A stretch of 63,847 bases of DNA, the filler included, from Octopus bimaculoides (taxonomy: Eukaryota), in NCBI RefSeq assembly GCF_001194135.2. It is 5 parts of 4 records of this genome, joined end to end, with 100 filler letters (N's around TTAATTAATTAA, not from the genome) between each part and the next. Parts side by side here need not be neighbours in the genome. Positions count along the whole stretch, not along the records: positions 1 to 29,362 come from NC_068994.1; 4 more parts are not named here. One strand, 5' to 3'. Under the pieces are notes generated by a model. It had not been told where the DNA came from and did no database searches. It saw only the letters and a list, made by a program, of their open reading frames with translations. Positions 1 through 14,193 of the stretch are shown in pieces (position 1 is the stretch's first letter; every line of letters begins with the position of its first letter). The translations under genes and the position numbers were made by a program.

Positions 1-427
1 ACACACACACACACACACATATGTATATAATGCGGGAGCAACTGTTTTATCGAAAGCGTAGACTGTGGTTAAATGCTTGAAATACGAGACTAGAAAAACA
101 GCCAACAACTGATGAAGGGTCGTTCTTTATGTTTGTTTTGTTTTCCATTTGTGTCTTTCGTTGTTCGAAAGAATAATTCATGTTCCATGTACTCGTGCTT
201 CGTACATTTTTGTTGTACACGTTTCATGACGTCCTGTGCCGACATATGCGTATATATATACGTATAGATGTATGTACATATACTTATGTATATATGCATA
301 TAGATATATTATTTATAACAGAAAACTTTGGAGCAGAATCTGTATTCAAACCGTTTTACTCTCGGTTGGAATAAGGGTTGCTGTGTTTGAACGTGTATGT
401 TTTTAAAAATATTTTTGTAATAAATTT

Positions 428-644
428 AGAGCGGAGAGTAAGTAGAATCGTTAGCAAACCGGGTAGAATGCTTGGCAGCATTTTGTCCTCTTTACGTTCT
501 GGGTTCAAATTCCGCCGAGGTCGACATTGCCTTTCATCGTTTCGTGGGTTGACAAAATAAATACCAGTTGAATACTGAGGTCGTCGTAATCGACTTAAAC
601 CCTTCCCTGAACTTGCTGGCCTTGTGCCAAAATTTGAAACCAAT
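428..644 (+). mobile_element. tRNA-headed SINE, family A
   Basis: Matches the about 11 other copies in the window: ...agaatcgttagc...ttc(t/a)gggttcaaattccgccgaggtcgac...taccagttg..actgaggtcg..aatcgact; B-box-like GGTTCAAATT. Confidence 0.8.
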
Positions 645-979
645 ATTTTATAATATTTCACTTACTCGTATTGTAAATTACATTTTGTATTGGGGAAGTG
701 AGAAATGCTAGCTTAGATGGACATAACACTAGTATAAACAAAGATATCCTGAAACAAAACAAATTTTTGGAAAAACGGAAACATTGGCAGAGAAGTAAAA
801 AAATAGAAACAGAAACAAGAAAATAAGAGAGATAACAAAACAAAACCAAAGAAAAATAATGTATTTATGACAGAAAACAATGACAATATCGATTGAAACA
901 TTTTCAGCGAAAATGCAAATAGGAACAAAACTAACATGCGCAAACGCACACACACAAACACAGAGTTTGCCGAGCGTAA

Positions 980-1260
980 ATCTTAGTTGCTTTGAAAGCA
1001 GTGTTGGAAACATTGCTTGGCTGAAAAAAATTTCATGAACATAAATATGATGCAGTTGGGTAAACATGTGGCAGCACTGTATTACAAAAGTGTATGCCTC
1101 CTTGCCTGAGGAAGTTGTCCAAGCAGGGCAAGGATAAAGGTGGCACACCCCCAAGCTTACATACTGCGATGGAAGTTTTCAGCAAGCATCTAAAGAGGAC
1201 AACTGAAGGAAGCTCATTTCGATATGTGTTTCAATATGCTGTTCATAAACTGAGGCAAAT
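980..1260 (+). mobile_element. Possible RTE-clade LINE 3' (post-RT) remnant
   Basis: Broken translation MWQHCIT...KLTYCD resembles the RTE C-terminal AGHC...GRP.LTY.D block; heavily decayed. Confidence 0.3.
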
Positions 1261-1545
1261 TAATGTGGACATATCACCCTACTATTCGAGAAACAGGGGA
1301 AAGCGAGAGACAGGGATAGTGTCACGCTCTATTGTAGAAAGGATTATTATTATTGTTATTACTACTGTTGGCAGTAGTGGGGGCGGTGGTGATGATGATG
1401 TCATCGTCAACTTGATCAACATTTTCTGCTTGTTTATTTTTTTTATATATATTTCGTTTTCTCTTGGCCTGACATATCCTTTTCTGAACCGTTCGTATCA
1501 TGTAACATCCTTTTTAGAAAGAGGATACACGTAACACACATGCAG

Positions 1546-1655
<110 letters not shown>

Positions 1656-1737
1656 CTGTGTGCGTATGTGTGTATATATATTTGTGTGCGCTTGTGTAAG
1701 TGTGCGTGTATGTATCCGTGTGTGCATCAGTGTGTGC

Positions 1738-1776
<39 letters not shown>

Positions 1777-1786
1777 NNNNNNNNNN

Positions 1787-1819
<33 letters not shown>

Positions 1820-1934
1820 TATGTGTTTATATATATTTGTGTGTGTGCGCGTATATATGTTTATATCTATATATACACACATATATATGCATATATAGAT
1901 ATATATATATCTATATATGTGTGTGTATGTTTAA

Positions 1935-1970
<36 letters not shown>

Positions 1971-3318
1971 ACATATATTTACCGTAGAAAAATGTTCCAA
2001 CATTGAGCACCAAACGTGCATTTAATGAACCGTAAATGGCACGAATTTTGAGGCGTTTTTGCTCTCAGTTCCACGCCTCCGTCCACCATCATCGCCAGAA
2101 ATTTCGCAATGAACATCGCTTGAACAGCGTATATTTTAAGAATGTTGTTTGGTGGCAATGTGAAATAAAGCGAATGTCTCGGAAGTTAGGGAGTTGTCAA
2201 GAAAAACATTAGAATTTGCTGAGAGTAATCGAATACATCTGCAGATGGTCGCATCTAGCAGAAGTATGTTTTGGTGTGCAATGTCGCATGCATGGAATAT
2301 TTTCGATCTTGTGAACGTGTGTGCGTATATGTATTTATANNNNNNNNNNNNNNNNNNNNNNNNNNNNNNNNNNNNNNNNNNNNNNNNNNNNNNNNNNNNN
2401 NNNNNNNNNNNNNNNNNNNNNNNNNNNNNNNNNNNNNNNNNNNNNNNNNNNNNNNNNNNNNNNNNNNNNNNNNNNNNNNNNNNNNNNNNNNNNNNNNNNN
2501 NNNNNNNNNNNNNNNNNNNNNNNNNNNNNNNNNNNNNNNNNNNNNNNNNNNNNNNNNNNNNNNNNNNNNNNNNNNNNNNNNNNNNNNNNNNNNNNNNNNN
2601 NNNNNNNNNNNNNNNNNNNNNNNNNNNNNNNNNNNNNNNNNNNNNNNNNNNNNNNNNNNNNNNNNNNNNNNNNNNNNNNNNNNNNNNNNNNNNNNNNNNN
2701 NNNNNNNNNNNNNNNNNNNNNNNNNNNNNNNNNNNNNNNNNNNNNNNNNNNNNNNNNNNNNNNNNNNNNNNNNNNNNNNNNNNNNNNNNNNNNNNNNNNN
2801 NNNNNNNNNNNNNNNNNNNNNNNNNNNNNNNNNNNNNNNNNNNNNNNNNNNNNNNNNNNNNNNNNNNNNNNNNNNNNNNNNNNNNNNNNNNNNNNNNNNN
2901 NNNNNNNNNNNNNNNNNNNNNNNNNNNNNNNNNNNNNNNNNNNNNNNNNNNNNNNNNNNNNNNNNNNNNNNNNNNNNNNNNNNNNNNNNNNNNNNNNNNN
3001 NNNNNNNNNNNNNNNNNNNNNNNNNNNNNNNNNNNNNNNNNNNNNNNNNNNNNNNNNNNNNNNNNNNNNNNNNNNNNNNNNNNNNNNNNNNNNNNNNNNN
3101 NNNNNNNNNNNNNNNNNNNNNNNNNNNNNNNNNNNNNNNNNNNNNNNNNNNNNNNNNNNNNNNNNNNNNNNNNNNNNNNNNNNNNNNNNNNNNNNNNNNN
3201 NNNNNNNNNNNNNNNNNNNNNNNNNNNNNATTCACACACACACACATATATATATATATACAAGTATGTATGTATATGTATATATATTATCATATATACT
3301 ATATATAATATATTTTAT

Positions 3319-3434
3319 ATAGGCGCAGGAGTGGCTGTGTGGTAAGTAGATTGCTTACCAACCACATGGTTCCGGGTTCAGACCAAAGCCTTGTGAGTGG
3401 ATTTGGTAGACGGAAACTGAAAGAAGCCCGTCGT
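3319..3434 (+). mobile_element. SINE family B 5' part with internal deletion
   Basis: ataggcgcaggagtggctgtgtggtaag...ggttccgggttcag joined directly to accaaagccttgtgagtggatttggtagacggaaactgaaagaagcccgtcg; the segment present in the copy at 38240 is missing. Confidence 0.85.
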
Positions 3435-3904
3435 GTATATATATATATATATATATCTTTATATATAGATATATATATATATGTATATGTATATGATTTT
3501 GCATCTACACACCCACACGCGTGCACACGCGCACACACGCACACACTCATGCTCACACACATACACACATACACACACACATACACACACACACACTTCG
3601 CTCTCCACCACCAGTAAAAGAAACTTGTTCAGCAACACACTATTTCCAATTTATTTCTGTGTGCAGTTAATTTTTTGCTTCATAACATTTGTCAATGGTG
3701 GAAGCACGTTTCCTCAGTCGGAAAGTACACAATCTTAAAGCTGTTTGTGTCTGCCAAAACGGTGTTAAAATTTTGCCGAGATAAACCAAGTTTTGACAAA
3801 TATTGCAACATTTAGAAATCGTATATTTAGCGCCATATTTAATGGTTTCACACCCAGAATATATCACGCATACACACATGCTTGTATGTAAGTATATATA
3901 TAGC

Positions 3905-4024
<120 letters not shown>

Positions 4025-4592
4025 CTTATATCGCTATACAGTTGTGTGCACGCACATATATGCACATATACACGTACGTGTATACGTATGTATATGCACG
4101 TACATACTGGCACGGGAACCAAGTAAACATGCATGTGTGTATATATTTGTACATATGCGTTGAGAGAGGAGTAATCGAGTGAGTGAGTGAGTGGGTGAGT
4201 GAGTGGGTGAGTGATATATATATAGAAATAGAAATGGATGGATACATAGAAACGGTTAACCATCTTATGAAACTCTTCGTACTCTTCTATATGTGCTGTT
4301 TCAGTCGAAGGATCACGCTCCTTGCTACGAATCTGCCAGGGTTTCCTCCAACTCTTCATGCACTTTGTGAATCCCTTCCAGTTGTTTGAATATCAGCTTC
4401 ATTATCTTTCTTTTTAGACTCTTTTGTATGAATTAGTCGAGCAAAGGCGCACTATCTTTCCCTATGCACCTCTTCCATATCGTCTCCTTCCCTTGAGACC
4501 TTGTGGAGCTTCTTATGAACCAAAACTTCTGCGAAAGATAAAATTACATGGTTGCCGGTGATCGTGGCATCTTTGATATTTGTACTATTTAC

Positions 4593-4767
4593 CCAAATCT
4601 CGCAATTAAATTAGCGTTTCGAATACTAATTTGGATGTGTAATTCTAACATCTTGAATTTGTAAAGGGCAAGTATGTTCCTGAGAATCAACGGACTTCTA
4701 ATTGTTTTCAAATGCATGTCATTCCCTTCACCGCTGATTGTAGGCATCAATTCGGCTAGAAAAAAAT
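4593..4767 (-). other. Candidate coding exon of unidentified gene (DFFLAELMPTISGEGNDMHLK...IARF)
   Basis: Acceptor ccttctctttcag, donor tttgg|gtaaat, open frame, non-repetitive sequence; no recognised domain. Confidence 0.22.
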
Positions 4768-5423
4768 CTGAAAGAGAAGGCACTCTGAAATCTAACTTGT
4801 AGCTGGTGTCATTGGATTCCTTTTTCTCATATTCAGAGACAGTGGCATACGTTTACTGCAGGCGTCGAAACAATTGTAGGGATTGTGAATAAAGAATGTC
4901 GTTCAATCCACTTCCAATTCTTTATCCATTTATATAAACTCTACGGGTTGTGTGGAATTTCCACTGTATGGTGATATCCGGTAACCAATAACTGTGTACA
5001 TGCAATATTTTTGCCCGAATCTTATATAACTATAAATACATATGCATGTACATATTTTCATATATGTATGCATAGGTGCATATACATACATGCATACATA
5101 CATATAGGGGTGCAAAATACTAAAAAGAATGTGATATATTATGTGGAACGAGAAACCAAGACACCAGACAATGCAAGAATATAGCTGTTCCATGATATTC
5201 CATCCTATTCTATTATGGTACAATATAATGCACTATAATATAATGTATTGATTATGTTATAACAGTTCACAAGACCAGCCATGAGAGAGTTAAAATATAA
5301 AACAAAACAAAGACTTGGTTTTCATTTGACATGAAGTATCGATGGGATCATATAAAGGATACGCCTCCTAAAGTGAACCATTGATTGACACAGATCCGGG
5401 AATCGGTTATGTGTGTGTGTTTA

Positions 5424-5460
<37 letters not shown>

Positions 5461-5630
5461 GTGTGTTCCTCTTACCTTGACGGAACAGTAAACTATCTGT
5501 CTATCTATCTATATATATATATTTATATATATATATATCCATATATATATGTATGTATATATATATAAATCTATACAGCGTTATATCTGTATCAAAGTGC
5601 CGTAAGAGTGTACATAACATATATACATAC

Positions 5631-5679
<49 letters not shown>

Positions 5680-6604
5680 NNNNNNNNNNNNNNNNNNNNN
5701 NNNNNNNNNNNNNNNNNNNNNNNNNNNNNNNNNNNNNNNNNNNNNNNNNNNNNNNNTATATATTATATATATATATGTGTGTGTGTATGTATGTATATGT
5801 ACATGTATACATATATACATATACTATTACGGCGCTTTGATACAGGAATAACGCTGTATAGATTGATATGGGAATTCAAGTCGGTGGTGCCTATTAGAAA
5901 ATCGATTTTCATGAAAGATTATTTTAAAGAGCTTTTACATATACATATATATACGTAAAGACATGCATACACACACACATACATACACATGGCGAGAAAG
6001 AGAGAGAGCTCTTTATCACAAGGGACACCACCGTTTCTTTTTTACTTAGTGAGGTGTGTTGTTATTGAATCAACAAGACTGGGGCTATTATGATAACGAT
6101 GATGATTGCTTTTGAAGGGACTTCATACCGGTGATTGGTCGAGTGGAAATTGCGATCAGCAAAACTTGTGGACATGCTCTTTCTTTTTGTTGTTGATTAT
6201 TTATTTGTTTTCTTTTTGCGTGTATTGTTGGGTTTTATTTGTTATAATAGTTTCTGGTACATTTTTTTCTGTTTTTATATATATGTTTGTTTTATTTTTA
6301 TTCTATATTTTCTTTTTCTCCATTCTCTCCGTTTCGGTACTTTTGCCAAGCAAATGTAGAGCCAACGGATTTTAGCGACGTAACTCCAATATGACACCAT
6401 CCATTTACCAAAATTGAAAATTATATATCAAAAGTACTCCAAAGGGAATTAAAGTGGAAGACACAGCTAAACGTTAGATACCAAAAATACATTAAGTCCG
6501 GCCTTCTAGCCTTCTGACCAATATATATTCAGGTATTTCCAAATACATATATTAGATGGGCATACATATATATTCGTGTGTGTGTGTGGGGGTGCGTATA
6601 TGAA

Positions 6605-6940
6605 TGTTGTAAAATGGTTTGCTTCCCAGTCACATGATTCCGGGTTCAGTGGGGAAATTTCGTAGACTGGAACTGAAAGAGGTCCGTCGTGTGTATGTGT
6701 GTGTCTATGTGTGTGTGTGCGTATCAATGCGTGTGTTTGTGTGTGTAAATGCTTGCGATTGTCCTCCAATAGCACTTGACAACTAGTGTCATTGTATATA
6801 CGTCTCTGAAAATTAGCGGTTCGGCCTAAGAGACCGATAGAATACGTACCGAGCTTAAAGAAGTAAAAAATAAAAAAAATTGGTGCTGGAGTCAATTTCT
6901 TCAAAACAATACCTCAGCATGGCAGCACACTTATGACTAA
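6605..6940 (+). mobile_element. SINE family B, diverged
   Basis: cacatgattccgggttcagt...gaactgaaagaggtccgtcg, (TG)n, gcacttgacaac...tagcggttcggc..agagaccgatagaata...cagcatggc. Confidence 0.75.
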
Positions 6941-7612
6941 ACATATATAAAAAAAATAAAAGACAACAAGTTATACGATACCATACATCCTGCAAACTAT
7001 ACTACTCCATTTTGTATTTATTTTAAATATCAAGGATGTGATTTACAAAAACTACAGCTGCTATTACTAGCATATCGAGCGACCATGTACGACTTTATCA
7101 TTGGACCTTAAGCGTTATCTGCTGTTCACCGCAATGAAGTATGCCATCAGCAGTTTTAATATCTACGCTAAAATATCATAAAAGAAGATAGCTGACTCGT
7201 GAGAATTTAGTATATGACTCGTCTGCTTTGAATATCTGTGGTTCAATGTGTTTTATTGGTTTTCCTATCATATTATCCGATATTTTATTCAATATGCTAC
7301 GTTTTTGTTACTCAGATATCATGTGACTATATTCAGAGCGTAAAACATAAAACACAAAGTGAAACAGTTTCGAAACAGAGATCATCCTCCCGTCAAATAT
7401 CAGGTCCCTGTTCCTCTCTTCTCTTTCCATCACACACACACACACACACCTATATATAGGTGTTTGTGAGTGCGTGTGTGTACATATGTACACACACACA
7501 TCCACGCCCACACACATATATATATATATATACATATATATAAATATATACATATATAAATGCATATATTTATATATGTGTGTATGTGTATATATATATA
7601 CATACATATATA

Positions 7613-7647
<35 letters not shown>

Positions 7648-7883
7648 NNNNNNNNNNNNNNNNNNNNNNNNNNNNNNNNNNNNNNNNNNNNNNNNNNNNN
7701 NNNNNNNNNNNNNNNNNNNNNNNNNNNNNNNNNNNNNNNNNNNNNNNNNNNNNNNNNNNNNNNNNNNNNNNNNNNNNNNNNNNNNNNNNNNNNNNNNNNN
7801 NNNNNNNNNNNNNNNNNNNNNNNNNNNNNNNNNNNNNNNNNNNNNNNNNNNNNNNNNNNNNNNNNNNNNNNNNNNNNNNNNNN

Positions 7884-7964
<81 letters not shown>

Positions 7965-9599
7965 ATGTATGTATGTATATGCAATATCGATTATGCAAAA
8001 AGAAAAGTTAAAACATTTCTTCTTGGAAAAAAAAAATGTCGCTGGATCTTTGGTTTTCTTCCTCTGTTTTCCCTTTATTTTTCTCTAGGGTGGGGCCTTC
8101 AAAACTGGGGTAGTCTAAAGTCGGTAGGGTGGACTCATTTTCTCAATGGACACTAGTTAGAAATGTATGCTGAAACGCGAACCCGACTACAAAAACCCAA
8201 CGGTGGGATGATTGTTATAGACCGGTCGATGGTTGAAGGCTACTACTCGATTGTTTATATTACTTTATACGTAGTTATGGAAGGCAGGAGGCCACAATAA
8301 GTGACTCAAGTGTTTAGAGTTTCGTTCCAAATCACTTGAGGATTGTGTTGTTTACTATTAGTTAACACGAAACTCTAAGTCTCTGTGTCGCTGATGTATC
8401 TTCGCAGCCATGTGCGTGTGCGCTGTTTTGCTTGTCTGTATACCTATGTATAAGGGCTGTCTATGTGAGTATGTATATGCGTGTGTTTGTGTGTGCGTGT
8501 GGGTGAGAGTGTCTATGCGTGTGAGTGTATGTATGTGTGTGTATGTGTGTATTTGTGCGTGTGTGTTATTTTTGTTTGTGTGTATGTTTATTATGAATGT
8601 ATGTTTGTGTGTGTGTAGGTATATATATATTTATACACACGTGCGCGCGCGCGTGTATTTGTGTTATGGCTTCGTTGGGATAGATAACATTGCATTATAT
8701 TCTATTAACGCCACCTGCTTACGTAAGCAGGTGGCAACAGTGACGTCTTCCTGATTTACAATGACGTCACTTGACTACGATAATTATCACTGAGCAATCT
8801 CTGGAGTCATCCCGTAGCAATATGCAAGGATTTGATGCATGTTTACATCGATCTCTCATAATACAGATTCTTCATGTGTACATTTATAGTTTTGTTAATG
8901 TTTTTTTTTTCTTTTTTTTCGTTTTTTTTTTAGGGTGATAATTAATTCTGCTTTTCTGCGATGAAAGAATTAATAGCAAACTATTTTACGACTATGTTTT
9001 GGTAAAAATGTAATTGCCAAAAGCATGTGACTTCTGAAAAGCACAACGTTTGATTTTCCAAAAATGAGGGATTCGCAGAATGGTTACAGCATCAAATAGA
9101 ATATCATTGAGATGCTCGCTCTGCCTCTTTGCGTTCTGAAGTCACATTCTACCTGGATCATTCTAGCTTTTCAAACTTTTAGGATCAATAAAGTACCATC
9201 TTAGAAGGCGGCCCTTTTTTTTCTTTACCACTCTCTCTATCTCCCTTTTTATTCTTTTTTTATTTTTCTCTCCTTTTCCCACTCTCTCCTGCTGTCTCTC
9301 TGTATCTTTATCTCTGTTCCTCACCCTCTCTCTTGCGCCAGTAATTTCTATATCCAGCCTTATTACAAAGTGTTTCGCTCGCTCTACCTGAGGGTTTTAT
9401 TAACGGTACACGTGGCTGTGCTCTACTTAACTGCTTTCACGTTAATTTCAAGCAAACCAATTTAGTTTGGCGAGTATCCGATTCCTCCTCATCAGATCGT
9501 CGGAGAACCCACCATTCAGTTTGATGCAGAAGATGCTCCGAAGGAGTCGACTCATCTGAGTGGAATACTATAATTCATGACTCTTAGTCGGTTATTATG

Positions 9600-9960
9600 C
9601 TATACTCAACTCGAAGTTGCTAACGCAATACACCTTTTCCTACGTCCGATTCTTTTCAGCTGCGTGGGTTTTATAGTAGAGGGCAGTCATGACAGTACTC
9701 CGTTGTAAGATCTTCTTCTATACATTCACAAGTGGTTGGGCCGGTCTTGTAACCCTATCTGAGCAAAGAACTTTTGGTCGTCCTGTTTTGGTTCTTTCAC
9801 TGAATCCATAGTGCTTCTGGGACACGAGAGACGTCTTTAGCAATGTAGGGCGAGGAGATTCCCATACTAATTGGTGGAGGGTCGTTCCTAACCTTTTCTA
9901 GAATCCGGCTTTTTTCCGAGATGTTGTCAGGGGCTGGACATGACTGAGGTGGACTAGGTC
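9600..9960 (-). mobile_element. Probable LINE (RTE-like) C-terminal remnant
   Basis: Minus-strand frames give NISEKSRILEK...LHC*R...LW...RTKTGRPKVLCSDRVTR, resembling the GH..R / W.P...GRP..W.D.V motifs; frameshifts and stops. Confidence 0.4.
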
Positions 9961-9994
9961 TATAAGCATTATGTGTAAACACACAACCCCACCT

Positions 9995-10026
<32 letters not shown>

Positions 10027-11025
10027 NNNNNNNNNNNNNNNNNNNNNNNNNNNNNNNNNNNNNNNNNNNNNNNNNNNNNNNNNNNNNNNNNNNNNNNNNN
10101 NNNNNNNNNNNNNNNNNNNNNNNNNNNNNNNNNNNNNNNNNNNNNNNNNNNNNNNNNNNNNNNNNNNNNNNNNNNNNNNNNNNNNNNNNNNNNNNNNNNN
10201 NNNNNNNNNNNNNNNNNNNNNNNNNNNNNNNNNNNNNNNNNNNNNNNNNNNNNNNNNNNNNNNNNNNNNNNNNNNNNNNNNNNNNNNNNNNNNNNNNNNN
10301 NNNNNNNNNNNNNNNNNNNNNNNNNNNNNNNNNNNNNNNNNNNNNNNNNNNNNNNNNNNNNNNNNNNNNNNNNNNNNNNNNNNNNNNNNNNNNNNNNNNN
10401 NNNNNNNNNNNNNNNNNNNNNNNNNNNNNNNNNNNNNNNNNNNNNNNNNNNNNNNNNNNNNNNNNNNNNNNNNNNNNNNNNNNNNNNNNNNNNNNNNNNN
10501 NNNNNNNNNNNNNNNNNNNNNNNNNNNNNNNNNNNNNNNNNNNNNNNNNNNNNNNNNNNNNNNNNNNNNNNNNNNNNNNNNNNNNNNNNNNNNNNNNNNN
10601 NNNNNNNNNNNNNNNNNNNNNNNNNNNNNNNNNNNNNNNNNNNNNNNNNNNNNNNNNNNNNNNNNNNNNNNNNNNNNNNNNNNNNNNNNNNNNNNNNNNN
10701 NNNNNNNNNNNNNNNNNNNNNNNNNNNNNNNNNNNNNNNNNNNNNNNNNNNNNNNNNNNNNNNNNNNNNNNNNNNNNNNNNNNNNNNNNNNNNNNNNNNN
10801 NNNNNNNNNNNNNNNNNNNNNNNNNNNNNNNNNNNNNNNNNNNNNNNNNNNNNNNNNNNNNNNNNNNNNNNNNNNNNNNNNNNNNNNNNNNNNNNNNNNN
10901 NNNNNNNNNNNNNNNNNNNNNNNNNNNNNNNNNNNNNNNNNNNNNNNNNNNNNNNNNNNNNNNNNNNNNNNNNNNNNNNNNNNNNNNNNNNNNNNNNTAA
11001 TAGAAACCAACACACGCACACACAC

Positions 11026-11077
<52 letters not shown>

Positions 11078-11724
11078 GTGCCTGTGTATCGTTTGTACTT
11101 GCTATGTCGTGACTGACGTACATCATCACTTCGGCTATCGTTTATGTCATTATGAAATCAAGACGTGTGATAAACGTACAGAGCTAAAAGTGTTACAAAA
11201 TATCTGTGTAAATATTGAAATGTGAGAGTGAAGTTAACTAGCATTTAATATCTGCTCTAACACCAATAGACATTATGAAACTGTCGAGGGGAGTGGAAAA
11301 TGTTTGCATGTGTTGCTTATAAATTACACGTCGTTGTTAACTGTAAAACAGGTATTCCTTTGTTATCTACACTCTGGTGACATTGCAATAAGAATTTCTT
11401 CGCTATTTCGGTTCAATGAGGGTTAATGAGTGAAAAAAATGCAAGAGATTCCAAGCGGTCATTTGATCTGCTCGTAATATCAGGCAAAATCTCACTCACT
11501 ACTATTGTTAGAAAGATTAAATTAGACGTCGCTTATAATTTATGTTATCGTAATTGGAACACAGGAAGATATTGATATTATGTATTAAATGAAGAAAAAA
11601 AAAAGACCTATAGGTTCGTTATGGACAAAGAGAAATGCTACCAACCCAAACATAGTTACTGCACCTGTTAGACGTAGCATCCATAACATCAAAACACACC
11701 TTGGTGTATTATCTATTACCTATT

Positions 11725-12036
11725 GTGTGGTGGCGCAAAGGCCCAGTAGTTAGGGCAGCTGACTCGCAGTTTCGATTCCCAGACAGGCGTTGCGAGTGTT
11801 TATTGAGCGAAAACACCTAAAGTTCCACGAGGCTCCGGCAGGCGGTGGTTGTGAACTCTGCTGTATTCTTTCACCGCAACTTTCTCTCACTCTTTCTTCC
11901 TGTTTCTGTTGTGCCTGTAATTCAAAGGGCCAGCCTTGTCACACTCTATGTGACGCTAAATCTCCGCCGAGAACTACGTTAAGGGTGCACGTGTCTGTGG
12001 AGTGCTCAGCCACTTGCACGTTAATTTCACGAGCAG
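11725..12036 (+). mobile_element. tRNA-headed SINE family D, 3'-truncated against a family A copy
   Basis: tggcgcaaaggcccagtagtt (A box), gtttcgattcccagac (B box); body matches the near-full copy at 50833-51218. Confidence 0.85.
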
Positions 12037-12185
12037 TACTCAACTGGTACTTAATTTATCGACCCCGAAGGGATGAAAGGCAAAGTCGACCTCGGCGGAA
12101 TTTGAACTCAGTACATAAAGACAGACGAAATACTGCTAAGCATTTCGCCCGGCGTCCTAACGATTCGGCCAGATCGCTGCCTTAC
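12034..12185 (-). mobile_element. SINE family A
   Basis: Reverse complement of gtaaggcagcgatctggccgaatcgttagga...gagttcaaattccgccgaggtcgactttgcc...taagtaccagttg. Confidence 0.85.
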
Positions 12186-12419
12186 AACAATGAATATCAT
12201 TTTCTACCCAGCACGTCACACATTTGGATATTCCACTTTTTATTTATTTATTTTTTTTTGTTACATTTAAATTATAAAACCGTATGGAACTCGATGTGAC
12301 AATCCATCCTAAACAAACGTTAGATGACCAATCGCTCATTTCATTTTCTAAATTGTATCATTTACAACTTTTTTTCTTGATTCGTCTATTTCTATAACAG
12401 GATTTCATTCAGGCCAGTA

Positions 12420-12475
<56 letters not shown>

Positions 12476-12770
12476 ATTTCTGCAAGTGTAGACACAGCTC
12501 TCTCTCCTATTCCAAACTTTGTTATGGCTTCTGCTTGCCTCTCTACCAGCGACAAAATCTTGTAGCTAAAGTCTGTAGCAAACTGCATATAATTACTCGT
12601 TGACACACGGATGGGCAAAGCTTAAAATTATGTTGAACAGGTTTAAAACCAACAACAGGATGTAACTGGATACATTGATAATTAGTCAAGTTGAAGGAAG
12701 TGGATATACCAATAATTAGGCGAACTGTAACAAAGCACCGGTTAATTGGTTTGTAGTTTACTATTTGTAC

Positions 12771-12846
12771 CGCCTGCACCGCTCCAAACGAGTCTGATAT
12801 GTTTACATACAGCACTGCAAGAGGTATGTCGCCTTCCAATTTCTCT
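12771..12846 (-). other. Candidate 76-nt exon (REIGRRHTSCSAVCKHIRLVWSGAG)
   Basis: Acceptor ctctttattcatccacaaatatag, weak donor gcg|gtacaa; lies within a unique region with a 117-aa minus ORF in another frame. Confidence 0.15.
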
Positions 12847-13227
12847 CTATATTTGTGGATGAATAAAGAGTAGATAACACGCTCATATATAACCATTTGT
12901 GTTATATAGGTGTCGGTAAGCTTTCTCGAAAACTTTTTATTTCGTTTTTGAAGAGGAAAAGTATGTTATAAAGATGTTTGAGAAGACTAAAATCATTTCA
13001 TGCTTTATGGAAGCGTTAAGCAAAGGATGAAGGATCAGATAACTTTCCGTTATGCCTACGATAAAGAGAATCGTGTAAATAGTAGGAGATTATACTTCAA
13101 ACTACATGTGCTGAAAATATTACAAGGGACTTGAAAATCGAGGCTCGAAAATTGTACGGAGTCAGACCTAACACGAATATACGGTGTGAGTGTGAGTGCG
13201 TGTGCGTTTGCACAGTATATATGCATG

Positions 13228-13280
<53 letters not shown>

Positions 13281-13293
13281 NNNNNNNNNNNNN

Positions 13294-13342
<49 letters not shown>

Positions 13343-13701
13343 GTAAGTATATATGTATATCTCTTCTATTTTATTTAATCATTATAAATCTTCCACTGGG
13401 GAGGGATCCGGTTTCCAGCAAAGATACAAGTCTTTGGGATGTAGTTAACACAGACAAATTCACAAATTTGGAACTTGAGAAAAATCTTGCATATTTTTAC
13501 TGTTCCACATACAAACTGCATTTGTAATGTACGAATTATCCGGTCGATTTCTCTTTCTGAAAAATCCCAGTATATCCAGATTCTCCTTTAAGCATTTACT
13601 AACAAAACCTAATGCTCCAATTATTATTGGTATGAATATGAATTCATAGTCTGTACGTATGTATGTATGTATGTATGTATGTATGTATGTATGTATGTAT
13701 G

Positions 13702-13756
<55 letters not shown>

Positions 13757-14054
13757 GCATGTAACCAATCACGCACGCACACACAGACGTCTATATCTCA
13801 TGGCAAGAAACTCAAGTGAGGGTAGAGTTATCAAACATGCTCACTCGTCAAAAGCCAACCACATGAGAATGACGGTGCTCCAGCATGGCCACAGCTTTTG
13901 GGCTGCAAAACATAAAGAAATACAGGAATATTTATATCTGTGTGTGTGTATGTGTGTGCGCGCCCCAGATATAGATAGAGGGGCAGGGAGAGACAGACAG
14001 ACAGACAAAGAGCGAGAGAAAGTGTGAAAGAGGAATAACCCTTTTTGCTTCCAT

Positions 14055-14185
14055 GTGCCTAATTCACTCACAAGGCTTTGTTTGGCCTGAGTTTATAGTA
14101 GAAGACAATTGCCCACAGTGACACGCAATGTCATTGAACCTGGAACCGTGTGGTTACGAAGCAAACTTCTTACCGGACAGCCAGC
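14055..14185 (-). mobile_element. SINE family B 5' part
   Basis: ctcacaaggctttg...tatagtagaagacaattgccca...gaacctggaaccgtgtggtt is the reverse complement of the family B head. Confidence 0.75.
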
Positions 14186-14193
14186 CAGCCATA

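Noticed and set aside
105-135. ctgatgaagggt half hammerhead motif
   Set aside because: No stem II or GAAA follows.
9460-9500. Minus-strand CUGAUGA-GGAG...CUC-GCCAAAC
   Set aside because: GAAA is broken and there is no helix I complement.
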